From assembly GCA_044360105.1 (NCBI GenBank), contig JBIKKY010000027.1, forward strand, positions 1-32,000: a DNA stretch of 32,000 nucleotides, in the 5' to 3' direction. How positions within the stretch are numbered: position 1 is the first letter of the stretch; each line of letters begins with the position of its first letter. This DNA is from Sulfuritalea sp. (GTDB taxonomy: Bacteria > Pseudomonadota > Gammaproteobacteria > Burkholderiales > Rhodocyclaceae). The translations under genes were made by a program, and so were the position numbers. Positions 7,571-14,954 of the stretch are shown piece after piece. The notes beneath the pieces were generated by a model. It was not told the DNA's origin, did no database searches, and was given only the letters and a program-made list of their open reading frames with translations.

Positions 7571-7587
7571 CGTCGGTTTAACCGACA
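7571..7587. repeat. Islet palindrome copy 2 (CGTCGGTTTAACCGACA; the 15-bp core is perfect)
   Basis: Lies 115 nt downstream of the stop at 7456 and is followed by GTTTTCG. Confidence 0.85.
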
Positions 7588-7627
7588 GTTTTCGCCCCCA
7601 ATAAATACAAGAACGGGAGCCGCGACT

Positions 7628-7885
7628 ATGAAGGTAAAAGAGATTATTGAAGCAAGGCAGCAACCAGTAGCTGTGCCGCCCACCATCATGAAACGGCAAG
7701 GGCGGGTTGGGCAGGTCGTAGCGAAGATTGCCGCCAGCGATCAGCAGCAACCAGCGACTGAGATGGAAAAGGTTCTGGCGATGCGGCGCTACAGCGACTT
7801 GAAAAAGCAGACCGACAAAAACTATGCAGCGCGACTGCGGCAGCAGTTGGCGAACGCGGAAGCTGGATTGCGCACGGGGAAGTAA
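7628..7885 (+). CDS. Hypothetical protein of 85 aa
   Basis: ORF with an ATG start. It is Gln/Lys/Ala-rich and helical. No family recognised. Confidence 0.45.
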   Translation: MKVKEIIEARQQPVAVPPTIMKRQGRVGQVVAKIAASDQQQPATEMEKVLAMRRYSDLKKQTDKNYAARLRQQLANAEAGLRTGK

Positions 7886-7892
7886 GCTGTGG

Positions 7893-7909
7893 TGTCGGTT
7901 TAACCGACA
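7893..7909. repeat. Islet palindrome copy 3 (TGTCGGTTTAACCGACA)
   Basis: Perfect copy 8 nt after the stop at 7885. Its 3' flank TCTTCCTAAAC resembles the flank of copy 4. Confidence 0.9.
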
Positions 7910-8015
7910 TCTTCCTAAACGCAGTTCTACGCGGTCATAGATACCGCCAAACGAGGTTGCTCATTCAAACAGTCTGACACTATGCTTATGGTATTCGCAC
8001 TACTGGCATAAGTGA

Positions 8016-9374
8016 GTGGAACTGATACAACTCAGCAATCCCGAACAAAGAGCAGAGATACATCCGCAGCGTGGTCAGCCCCATTTTGAACATCAACTGC
8101 TCAGTCATCACGCCGCGCTGCATCAGTATGAAAACCTGTTTCAGTTATGGACAAAATCATCGCCCAACAGAAGGGCGACAACGATTGAAGACTACTGGAA
8201 GGTTTTGCGGTCATTTGCCGATGTCATTTACAGGAAGCCGCTGACTGAAATCACCCGCAAGGATGTCGTAGGCTACCGCGACCAGATACTTGAAGCGGGT
8301 CAAAGTGCGACGACGGCGGGTCGCAAGATCGGCATTCTCAAGACGCTGTTTCTCACTGGTCTCAACTACGAATTGCTGGAGACTAATCCCGCAGACAACA
8401 TTCGGACGCCTGTAAGTCATGATAAGAAGAGCCGCGTTGCATTTACCAGCGACGATCTTGCCAAAATATTCAACTCCGAAATCTACGTAGGTGGATATTG
8501 CCCAAAAGGGGCTGGGCGCGAGGCTGCATACTGGTTGCCGCTGTTGGCGCTTTTCACGGGTGCCCGTATTGAGGAACTGGCGCAGTTACTGGTAAATGAT
8601 GTCCATTATTTAGAGGGTCTCGGGCACTACGTGAATATCACCGACGAGGCCCAGCATTCCCATCTCAAGAACTCGGCATCGCGGCGCAGAATTCCCGTGC
8701 ATCCCGTATTGACGGTCTGCGGATTTATTGACTATGTGGCTCGGATGAAGCCCGCCAAGTTTCTGTTTCCGCATCTCAAGCCAAACCCGCGCGGGAAATT
8801 GGGAGGCTATTTCAGCAACTTCTTCTCGGGGTACTTGCGGAAAAAGGTGAAGATCAGTGACAGCCGAAAAGTATTCCACTCATTCCGTCATACGTTTAAA
8901 GATGCGTGTCGCGCTGTCGGGATAGAGGAAGCGGTGCACGATGCGCTGACAGGGCATACCGCAGTTTCGGCGGGTCGCAAGTATGGCAATGAGCAGTATC
9001 CGCTTGAGCCGTTGTTTGAAGCGATGGAATGCTTTGAGATTCCGAGCCTGGATCTGTCTCATTTATACAAAAAGCCATTCGCCAAACTACTCTTGCGGTC
9101 CGAGGTGAAAATCATTTCGGCTTACTACGGAGTGGTCGTCGCCTTTGCTGCTACCAAGGTCAAAAAGGAACTATCGCCCTTCGTGGTTGCGCTATGCGAC
9201 GGCGCAGAAACACGGATTGATGTGGCTACGAACGAAGTGATCTACGGACAAATCCCGCCCCAAAAGCAGATATTGGTGAATGCGTGGATAGAGATTCACC
9301 GCGAGGAGTTGATAGCCAGCTGGAACGCAGGAAGACTGACCGGCGAATATTTGAAGCTTGACCCGCTGCGCTAA
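8016..9374 (+). CDS. Tyrosine integrase fused to a DUF4160-like C-terminal domain
   Basis: Core-binding region (TTIEDYWKVLRSFADV...LETNPADNIRTP), then catalytic residues TGARIEE (Arg), HSFRHTF (H-x-x-R) and GH...GRKYG (Tyr). The last ~90 aa (VKIISAYYGVVVAF...EVIYGQIPPQKQILVNAWIEIHREELIASWN) match my recollection of the DUF4160 pattern (ISmFYGI.I.mY.....H..PH.H......a.i.i.t.e...G.lP.k....v..Wi..H..EL...W), but the His motif is absent. The only possible start is the GTG at 8016, since there is no in-frame ATG before aa ~245. There is no arm-type N-terminal domain. Confidence 0.8.
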   Translation: MELIQLSNPEQRAEIHPQRGQPHFEHQLLSHHAALHQYENLFQLWTKSSPNRRATTIEDYWKVLRSFADVIYRKPLTEITRKDVVGYRDQILEAGQSATTAGRKIGILKTLFLTGLNYELLETNPADNIRTPVSHDKKSRVAFTSDDLAKIFNSEIYVGGYCPKGAGREAAYWLPLLALFTGARIEELAQLLVNDVHYLEGLGHYVNITDEAQHSHLKNSASRRRIPVHPVLTVCGFIDYVARMKPAKFLFPHLKPNPRGKLGGYFSNFFSGYLRKKVKISDSRKVFHSFRHTFKDACRAVGIEEAVHDALTGHTAVSAGRKYGNEQYPLEPLFEAMECFEIPSLDLSHLYKKPFAKLLLRSEVKIISAYYGVVVAFAATKVKKELSPFVVALCDGAETRIDVATNEVIYGQIPPQKQILVNAWIEIHREELIASWNAGRLTGEYLKLDPLR

Positions 9375-9398
9375 TGCCTGACGGATTTGGCCAAAAAC

Positions 9399-9415
9399 TG
9401 TCGGTTTAACCGACA
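9399..9415. repeat. Islet palindrome copy 4 (TGTCGGTTTAACCGACA)
   Basis: Perfect copy 25 nt after the integrase stop. Its 3' flank is ATTTCTTAAAC. Confidence 0.9.
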
Positions 9416-9452
9416 ATTTCTTAAACAGCCCAACGCAGCCTCAGCCGAGGAT

Positions 9453-9469
9453 TGTCGGTTTAACCGACA
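9453..9469. repeat. Islet palindrome copy 5 (TGTCGGTTTAACCGACA)
   Basis: Perfect copy 12 nt before the start of the repeat shared with the porin A 3' flank. Confidence 0.9.
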
Positions 9470-9484
9470 TTTGGAAAGCCAGAC

Positions 9485-9520
9485 GTAAAAACGGCCACCC
9501 GAAGGTGGCCGTTTGTCTGT
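9485..9520 (-). terminator. Rho-independent terminator downstream of porin B
   Basis: Same hairpin as at 951-972 (ACGGCCACC-CGAA-GGTGGCCGT, at 9491-9512). It is part of the ~99-bp repeat 9482-9580. Confidence 0.7.
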
Positions 9521-9560
9521 TGCTTGAACCAGATCGGGGATGATCCCCCGACAGGAACAA

Positions 9561-10640
9561 TTAGAACGAGTGACGCATACCAGCAAAAAAGGCGCTGTTG
9601 TCTTGGGAGAGGCCCGTGCCACCCGCCAGGTTGACACTCAGGCCGCCCACGCGGTTCTTGAAACCACCCTTGTCGTTCGAAACGTCGGTATAGCCAGCAT
9701 ACATAGTCGTACGCTTCGACAGGCTGTGGGTGTAGGTCAAGTTCCAAGCCTTAGCATCGGTATTGGAACCAGCGCCGCTAACGTCCTGATCGCCGTAGGT
9801 CAAACCGATAGTTCCAGACTTGAAGACCGGCATGAATGCACCGATCGTCCAGACGTCGACGTCAACATTCGTCGCATCGATATCCATCGTCTGCCATGTG
9901 CCGAAAACCGTGGCCACGCCGAAGTTGTATTTACCGCCAAGGTACCATTCGTCGATGTCGGCGTTATTGACACCACCAACGTTCGAGCGGTCGTGATACA
10001 CGAGATCGACGTTCAGAGGACCATTGGAGTAGTTGGCGCCGATGCCCATGAAGGTGCTGTCGGAAGTGGAAGTACCTTCAGCAGTGGCCTCACCAAAACC
10101 ATAGATGGCGTTGACGCTGAAACCACCCCACTTCGGCGAAATCCAATTGACCGAGTCGCTGATGCGTGCTGCGCTGTTCGGGGTGATAGACATACCGGCG
10201 TTGACGGACAGGATGCTTTGAATGTCAAAGAGACCGGCCGTCTGGGCGTTTGTTGCGGCTGCGCCGAAGCCGGCAGCATACTGACGGCCAAGGCCGAGTT
10301 GGCCCCAGCTCGTGCTGTTCAGGGCGACGTATTGCTGACGGGCCGCCAGAGCACCACCACTACCAACACCTGCATTGATGTCATTGTTCAGCGCGTACTC
10401 GAGCACGAATACGGCGCTCAGACCGCCACCGAGGTCTTCGGAACCCTTGAAACCGAGACGGGAACCCGACAGGAGACCGCCCTGGATGCCGCTAAAGTCG
10501 GTGGACCTGCCCGTAGTGCCTTCGCCGCTGGCATTCACATAAGCAGCATCAGCAATACCGTAGATCGTGACGTTGGTCTGGGCCAGGGCGCCCGTCGAAG
10601 CCAGGCCAGCGATGGCCAGAGCAATTAGTTTCTTTTGCAT
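9561..10640 (-). CDS. Outer-membrane general porin, paralog B
   Basis: Start at the internal ATG at 10640, giving the same signal peptide as paralog A (MQKKLIALAIAGLASTGALA-QT). The barrel is divergent and the C-terminus is ...FAGMRHSF. The antisense ORF 9540..10628 is a shadow. Confidence 0.9.
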   Translation of the reverse strand: MQKKLIALAIAGLASTGALAQTNVTIYGIADAAYVNASGEGTTGRSTDFSGIQGGLLSGSRLGFKGSEDLGGGLSAVFVLEYALNNDINAGVGSGGALAARQQYVALNSTSWGQLGLGRQYAAGFGAAATNAQTAGLFDIQSILSVNAGMSITPNSAARISDSVNWISPKWGGFSVNAIYGFGEATAEGTSTSDSTFMGIGANYSNGPLNVDLVYHDRSNVGGVNNADIDEWYLGGKYNFGVATVFGTWQTMDIDATNVDVDVWTIGAFMPVFKSGTIGLTYGDQDVSGAGSNTDAKAWNLTYTHSLSKRTTMYAGYTDVSNDKGGFKNRVGGLSVNLAGGTGLSQDNSAFFAGMRHSF

Positions 10641-10934
10641 AGATTTCTCCAAAAAGAGAGTTGGTTTTAAACAGTCAGCAATGACACCACGTGGTCGGTC
10701 ACTGCTCGCTGCGCCTACCCGAAACCGGGAAGCTGGGAGCATTTTGCTTCAGCCCCGCACGGCGGACAATCGCCGCGGCAGTTTTTGCACCCGGCCATGA
10801 TCATTTTGTGGCTTTCTTGCCACAGTCACCGCCGTGTTGAGATCGATCAGGCGAAACGCGTTGATGCCATTAATTCCGGCAGGATCACTTAGTACGATTT
10901 GTAGTACATTTTTTAACGCTATTTGTACTTCACA

Positions 10935-11177
10935 ATGACTGCGTTCTCCCTCCGCCTGCCGGAAAATCTGATGAAGGAAGTCGATGCCAGGGCAAAACTG
11001 TTGCATCTGCCCCGCTCGGAGTATGTCCGCCTGGCCATCAGCCGCATGAACCGCGAAGTCGCCGCCGAAGATCGGCGCAAGCGGCTGGCTTCGGTTTCGC
11101 AGCGCGTGCGCGATGAAAGCATCCGGATATGCGCTGAATTTGAAGCCGTCGATTTCGAGCATGACAAAACCCGGTAA
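10935..11177 (+). CDS. Ribbon-helix-helix (CopG-like) antitoxin paired with MazF
   Basis: MTAFSLRLPENLMKEVDARAKLLHLPRSEYVRLAISRMN... is an RHH fold signature. Its stop overlaps the downstream MazF-like start by 17 nt. Confidence 0.7.
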   Translation: MTAFSLRLPENLMKEVDARAKLLHLPRSEYVRLAISRMNREVAAEDRRKRLASVSQRVRDESIRICAEFEAVDFEHDKTR

Positions 11178-11550
11178 CGGCGAGGCCTGGCTCGCCAACC
11201 TCAATCCTGGCCGCGGTGCCGAACCGGGAAAAATGCGACCGGTTCTGATCGTGCAAGGACAGGCGCTGCTGGACGCCGGCCATCCGTCGACGCTGGTCGT
11301 GCCACTGACGACAAACCTGATGAATAACACCGCACCCCTGCGCCTGCGGGTTCCTGCGCGCGAGCGGCTCGATCAGGATTCCGATCTGCTGATCGACCAG
11401 TTGCGCGCGATCGATAATCGGCGCCTGACAGGGGGCCCGCTGGCGCGATTGCCCATTGCGGCAATGCGCGACGTCTATCGCGCCATCGCCGATGTACTGG
11501 AAACTCCGTACGAGGCACTGAACCTGGCGCCGGCGTTCCGGCGCCCATGA
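11161..11550 (+). CDS. MazF/PemK-family endoribonuclease toxin
   Basis: From the ATG at 11161: MTKPGNGEAWLANLNPGRGAEPGKMRPVLIVQGQALLDAGHPSTLVVPLTT...LLIDQLRAIDNRRL. This shows the PemK/MazF hallmarks (G.E..K.RP.liv......pt.iv.PlTs; ..dQir.id..Rl). Confidence 0.8.
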   Translation: MTKPGNGEAWLANLNPGRGAEPGKMRPVLIVQGQALLDAGHPSTLVVPLTTNLMNNTAPLRLRVPARERLDQDSDLLIDQLRAIDNRRLTGGPLARLPIAAMRDVYRAIADVLETPYEALNLAPAFRRP

Positions 11551-11621
11551 AAAGTTATGTCTTCGGCAAAGCCGGAGACGGTATCCCTTGCGGACGGCGC
11601 CGGCGGGACGGCGCGGGCAAG
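11521..11621. repeat. 101-bp direct repeat, copy A (includes the mazF-like 3' end and a hairpin)
   Basis: Aligns with 12951-13051 with 7 mismatches by my manual alignment. It contains the hairpin GTCTTCGGC-AAA-GCCGGAGAC. Confidence 0.85.
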
Positions 11622-11641
11622 ATACTCGCCGCGACGCGGCG

Positions 11642-12382
11642 TCAGCGCGGCCGCCCGGCCGCCCCTTTCGCCTTGAATGCGATTGTGCTCAGATCGCGTT
11701 CAAGCTGATCAAGGGCTGCGCCGAAATACCCGCGCATGTCTTCCAGCGTGGGCGCCGGTTCAACGAGTTGAAGATAGCCTTCGTCCGCCTGATTCGGCAT
11801 GCAGGCGCGCAGGCGCTGCGCGGCCGTTTTGAAAGTGTGCGGGGAGTCGGCTTCGGCGAAGGCCCGGTGCAAGTCCATGGCGTCGTAGCCATGCCGGGTC
11901 ATCAGAATGTAGAGGTCAAACCAGTCGCGGGATTTTGACCGCTCGCCGCAGACCAGCGCTTTCGTCTTGAATATCTCGTCCAAAGTGGCTACCCGCGGCG
12001 CGGATTCCGCGTTCCCGTGCAGCAGACGCGTTGTCGGGTTGTCCAGCCTGACGAAGGACAGCTTGACGGCGTCGTCGGCTACATAGTTCTGCTGGTGGTC
12101 CTCCAGCAGCAGGCCGGAGTTGATGAACTCCTGCTCGGCAACGGGGTCCTGATTCAACCGAAGATGCACACCTCCATCGTCGAGGTCGCGGACGAGTTGA
12201 CGCAAGCGCAATGCCGGGAGCAGGTTTCCGAGGTAGGCGAAGTCCAGATCCTCGCTGACCCGGTGGCCGATGCGCAGCGCCAGAGCCGTACCGCCAATCA
12301 GGACGAACCCGGCCAGAAGGGGGTTGTTTTCCAGGCGCGCCCAGAGGCGCCGCGTTTCAGGCGGCAGCTTGCTGGTATCCAT
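11642..12382 (-). CDS. AbiEii/AbiGii-family nucleotidyltransferase toxin (DUF1814-like)
   Basis: LAGFVLIGGTALALRIGHRVSEDLDF is the GGTAL...HR.S.D.D motif of this family. The start is placed at the ATG at 12382, but the ATG at 12442 is possible. It overlaps the stop of the upstream XRE gene. Confidence 0.7.
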   Translation of the reverse strand: MDTSKLPPETRRLWARLENNPLLAGFVLIGGTALALRIGHRVSEDLDFAYLGNLLPALRLRQLVRDLDDGGVHLRLNQDPVAEQEFINSGLLLEDHQQNYVADDAVKLSFVRLDNPTTRLLHGNAESAPRVATLDEIFKTKALVCGERSKSRDWFDLYILMTRHGYDAMDLHRAFAEADSPHTFKTAAQRLRACMPNQADEGYLQLVEPAPTLEDMRGYFGAALDQLERDLSTIAFKAKGAAGRPR

Positions 12383-12830
12383 GCCGGATGTTGCGCAAGA
12401 TTCGTTCGGTGATCGGGGCAGCCCGCTTTGCTTCCGGGTCACCTGAAGACTTCAAGCTCTCCCACTCCTGAATGACTTCATCAACCCCAAACTCCAGGGC
12501 CGCGTCGAGAAGCGTGCCGAATTCCGGCGCTACCAGCGCGCGGCGCAGCAGCACCGCGGGCGACGCGCCGGGGTTTGACCAGGCCAGCAGGCGATGCCGC
12601 TCACGGAAGCTTGCGGCAGGCGCGGAGCGAAAGGACGGCGCTGCGGGAACAATGCCGAGGTTCACGCCGGCAGCGCGCGCCAGGGCTTGAACAATATCCA
12701 GGCCCGCCGAGCCGCGCTTCTTCGCCCGCGACAAGGTTTCCTTGGGAACGCCGGCGCGCGCCGCCAGTGCGGTCTGGTTCAGGCCGCGGTCATGCGCCGC
12801 GCTGATGATCTGGTCGATGAGGGTGTCCAT
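12357..12830 (-). CDS. XRE-type HTH antitoxin/regulator paired with the AbiEii-like toxin
   Basis: The N-terminal HTH is GLNQTALAARAGVPKETLSRAKKRG. It lies immediately upstream of the nucleotidyltransferase gene and overlaps it. Confidence 0.65.
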   Translation of the reverse strand: MDTLIDQIISAAHDRGLNQTALAARAGVPKETLSRAKKRGSAGLDIVQALARAAGVNLGIVPAAPSFRSAPAASFRERHRLLAWSNPGASPAVLLRRALVAPEFGTLLDAALEFGVDEVIQEWESLKSSGDPEAKRAAPITERILRNIRHGYQQAAA

Positions 12831-12835
12831 ATGGA

Positions 12836-12885
12836 GTTGATTTAATAATCAACGCAAGATTAGCATTGATTGATTATTCGATCAA
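12836..12885. promoter_or_regulatory. Candidate operator of the XRE/AbiEii operon
   Basis: Inverted repeats built on TTGATT/AATCAA: GTTGATT-TAAT-AATCAAC (12836-12853) and TTGAT-N10-ATCAA (12866-12885), directly upstream of the start at 12830. Confidence 0.3.
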
Positions 12886-12950
12886 CACAACAGGATTGTC
12901 CAATTGGAGTTTCGACTGGGCAGGAAGCGCGAACCAGCGGACTGTATTTG

Positions 12951-13051
12951 AACCTGACGCTGGCGTTCCGGCGGCCATGAAAAGTTATGTCTTCGGCAAA
13001 GCCGGGGACGGTATCCCTTGCGGGCGGCGCCGGCGGCACGGCGCGGGGAAG
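12951..13051. repeat. 101-bp direct repeat, copy B (carries a relic of a mazF-like 3' end)
   Basis: Reads ...NLTLAFRRP-stop, compared with ...NLAPAFRRP-stop in copy A. It has the same hairpin and lies just past the RelE-like stop at 13057. Confidence 0.85.
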
Positions 13052-13056
13052 CGGGT

Positions 13057-13362
13057 TCAGTCCTTCGGCAGCGCCTGCCGCAGCCTCGATTGGGCTGCCG
13101 CGTAAACTTTTTGCCCATCGCGCCTGCCGACGCTGACAACGGTGACAAACACGACGTCGTCATCAACGCGATATACCAGCCGATAACCAATCTGCCTGAG
13201 CTTGATCTTGTAGCAATCGGCCATGCCGGAGAGCGCGGCTGACGGGATGCGGGGGTTATCCAGCCGCTCTTCGAGCTTTTTTTTCAGTGGCTCGCGCACG
13301 CTGCCGTCGAGCTTTTTCCATTCCGCCAAGGCCAGTTCGTGGAAGCGCAGCTTATAGCTCAT
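13057..13362 (-). CDS. RelE/ParE-family toxin
   Basis: MSYKLRFHELALAEWKKLDGSVREPLKKKLEERLDNPRIPSAALSGMADCYKIKLRQIGYRLVYRVDDDVVFVTVVSVGRRD is a classic RelE/StbE pattern. It overlaps the upstream Phd gene by 11 nt. Confidence 0.8.
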   Translation of the reverse strand: MSYKLRFHELALAEWKKLDGSVREPLKKKLEERLDNPRIPSAALSGMADCYKIKLRQIGYRLVYRVDDDVVFVTVVSVGRRDGQKVYAAAQSRLRQALPKD

Positions 13363-13597
13363 CCAGACTTACCTCGACGAAGGGTCCGTTGGCGCGTTCC
13401 TGCACCATCCGGGCGTCTTCCAGGTCTTCCAGATAGGCCATGAGCCGCTCGTAATGCGCCGCCGGCAGGAGATAGGCCTCGGGCCGGTTATGGTTGAGTA
13501 TGACCACGGGACTTTCATCGGCCTGCTTGATGATGGCGGCGAAATTGCGCTTCAGTTCGGTGACGCTGACCGTCATACTGGTGAAGATAGTATCCAT
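13352..13597 (-). CDS. Phd/YefM-family antitoxin
   Basis: MTVSVTELKRNFAAIIKQADESPVVILNHNRPEAYLLPAAHYERL is a Phd/YefM N-terminal signature. Confidence 0.8.
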   Translation of the reverse strand: MDTIFTSMTVSVTELKRNFAAIIKQADESPVVILNHNRPEAYLLPAAHYERLMAYLEDLEDARMVQERANGPFVEVSLDEL

Positions 13598-13630
13598 GAG
13601 ACCTCCGTCAAACGCGCTTACGGATGCATA

Positions 13631-13674
13631 AAATGCCGTATTAGATGCTAATTGTAGTATCTAATACGGCATTT
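13631..13674. terminator. 16-bp perfect inverted repeat: tyrS terminator and/or phd-relE operator
   Basis: AAATGCCGTATTAGAT (13631-13646) and ATCTAATACGGCATTT (13659-13674) with a 12-nt spacer. It lies between the tyrS stop (13688) and the phd start (13597). Confidence 0.5.
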
Positions 13675-13687
13675 CAGCATTCCGCCT

Positions 13688-14875
13688 TCAGCTCAGGGTG
13701 ACGCGGGCAAACTTCCGCTTGCCGACCTGCAATACGACGCAATCGCCAGCGCTCAGCGCCGTGTCGCGGGCGCCGACTTTTTCGCCGTTCACGCGCACGC
13801 CGCCGCCGTCGATCATGCGCAGCGCTTCCGAGGTGCTCGGCGTCAGGCCGGCGGCCTTCAGCACCTGGGCCAGCGAGCCGGCCGGGACGCTGATTTCGGG
13901 CATGTCGTCGGGCAGCACGCCGCGCTGGAAGCGCGCCTCGAATTCGGCCAGCGCGGCATCGGCGTCCTTCTGCGAGTGGAAACGGGCGACGATTTCCTGC
14001 CCGAGCAGCACCTTGACGTCGCGCGGGTTGCGGCCGTCGGCGACTTCGCGCTTGAAGCGGGCGATCTCGTCGTTGCCGCGGAAGGACAGCAGCTCGTAGT
14101 AGCGCCACATCAGTTCGTCGGAGACCGACATCAGCTTGCCGAAGATCTCGGTGGGCGATTCGGCAATGCCGATGTAATTGCCGAGCGACTTCGACATCTT
14201 GTTCACGCCGTCCAGCCCCTCCAGCAGGGGCATCATCAGCACGCACTGCGGCGCCTGGCCGTAGTGCTTCTGCAGTTCGCGGCCGACCAGCAGGTTGAAC
14301 TTCTGGTCGGTGCCGCCGAGTTCGACATCGGCCTTCATGGCCACCGAGTCGTAGCCCTGGCACAGCGGATAGAGGAATTCGTGGATGGCGATGGGCTGGC
14401 CGCCTGTGTAGCGCTTGGAGAAATCGTCGCGTTCGAGCATGCGCGCCACGGTGTGGCGCGCGGCGAGCTTGATCATGCCGGCGGCGCCCAGCGGCTCGAA
14501 CCAGGTGGAGTTGAAGCAGACCTCGGTCTTCACCGGGTCAAGGATCTTGAACACTTGCTCGCGGTAGGTGTCGGCGTTTTCGAGGATCTGCTCGCGCGAC
14601 AGCGGCGGTCGCGTCGAATTCTTGCCGCTGGGGTCGCCGATCATGCCGGTGAAGTCGCCGATCAGGAACATGACGTGGTGGCCGAGGTCCTGGAAGTGGC
14701 GCAGCTTGTTGATCAGCACGGTATGGCCGAGGTGCAGGTCGGGCGCGGTCGGGTCGAAGCCGGCCTTGACGCGCAGGGGGCGGCCGGATTTGAGTTTTTC
14801 GACGAGTTCGGCCTCGATCAGCAGTTCGTCGGCGCCGCGCTTGATCAGCGCCAGTTGGGAGTCGATATCGACCAT
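13688..14875 (-). CDS. tyrS: Tyrosine--tRNA ligase
   Basis: From the ATG at 14875: [19 protein letters not shown]...[13 protein letters not shown] (HIGH motif), NKMSKSLGN (KMSKS) and a C-terminal S4-like domain. The longer ORF reaching 15124 is an upstream extension. Confidence 0.95.
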   Translation of the reverse strand: MVDIDSQLALIKRGADELLIEAELVEKLKSGRPLRVKAGFDPTAPDLHLGHTVLINKLRHFQDLGHHVMFLIGDFTGMIGDPSGKNSTRPPLSREQILENADTYREQVFKILDPVKTEVCFNSTWFEPLGAAGMIKLAARHTVARMLERDDFSKRYTGGQPIAIHEFLYPLCQGYDSVAMKADVELGGTDQKFNLLVGRELQKHYGQAPQCVLMMPLLEGLDGVNKMSKSLGNYIGIAESPTEIFGKLMSVSDELMWRYYELLSFRGNDEIARFKREVADGRNPRDVKVLLGQEIVARFHSQKDADAALAEFEARFQRGVLPDDMPEISVPAGSLAQVLKAAGLTPSTSEALRMIDGGGVRVNGEKVGARDTALSAGDCVVLQVGKRKFARVTLS

Positions 14876-14954
14876 GATTGATGTCTTAACCCGGTTTGAC
14901 GGATGGGGGATTTTTGCTACACTCGCCCGACTGTTCAGCCGGCCGACCATCCAA

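Noticed and set aside
11521-13051. The 101-bp repeats as integron attC sites, with the TA array as an integron cassette array
   Set aside because: I could not find the RYYYAAC / GTTRRRY core sites at the repeat ends or the extended imperfect dyad typical of attC. No intI-type integrase or attI is visible. Only a systematic attC covariance-model scan (e.g. IntegronFinder) could settle this.
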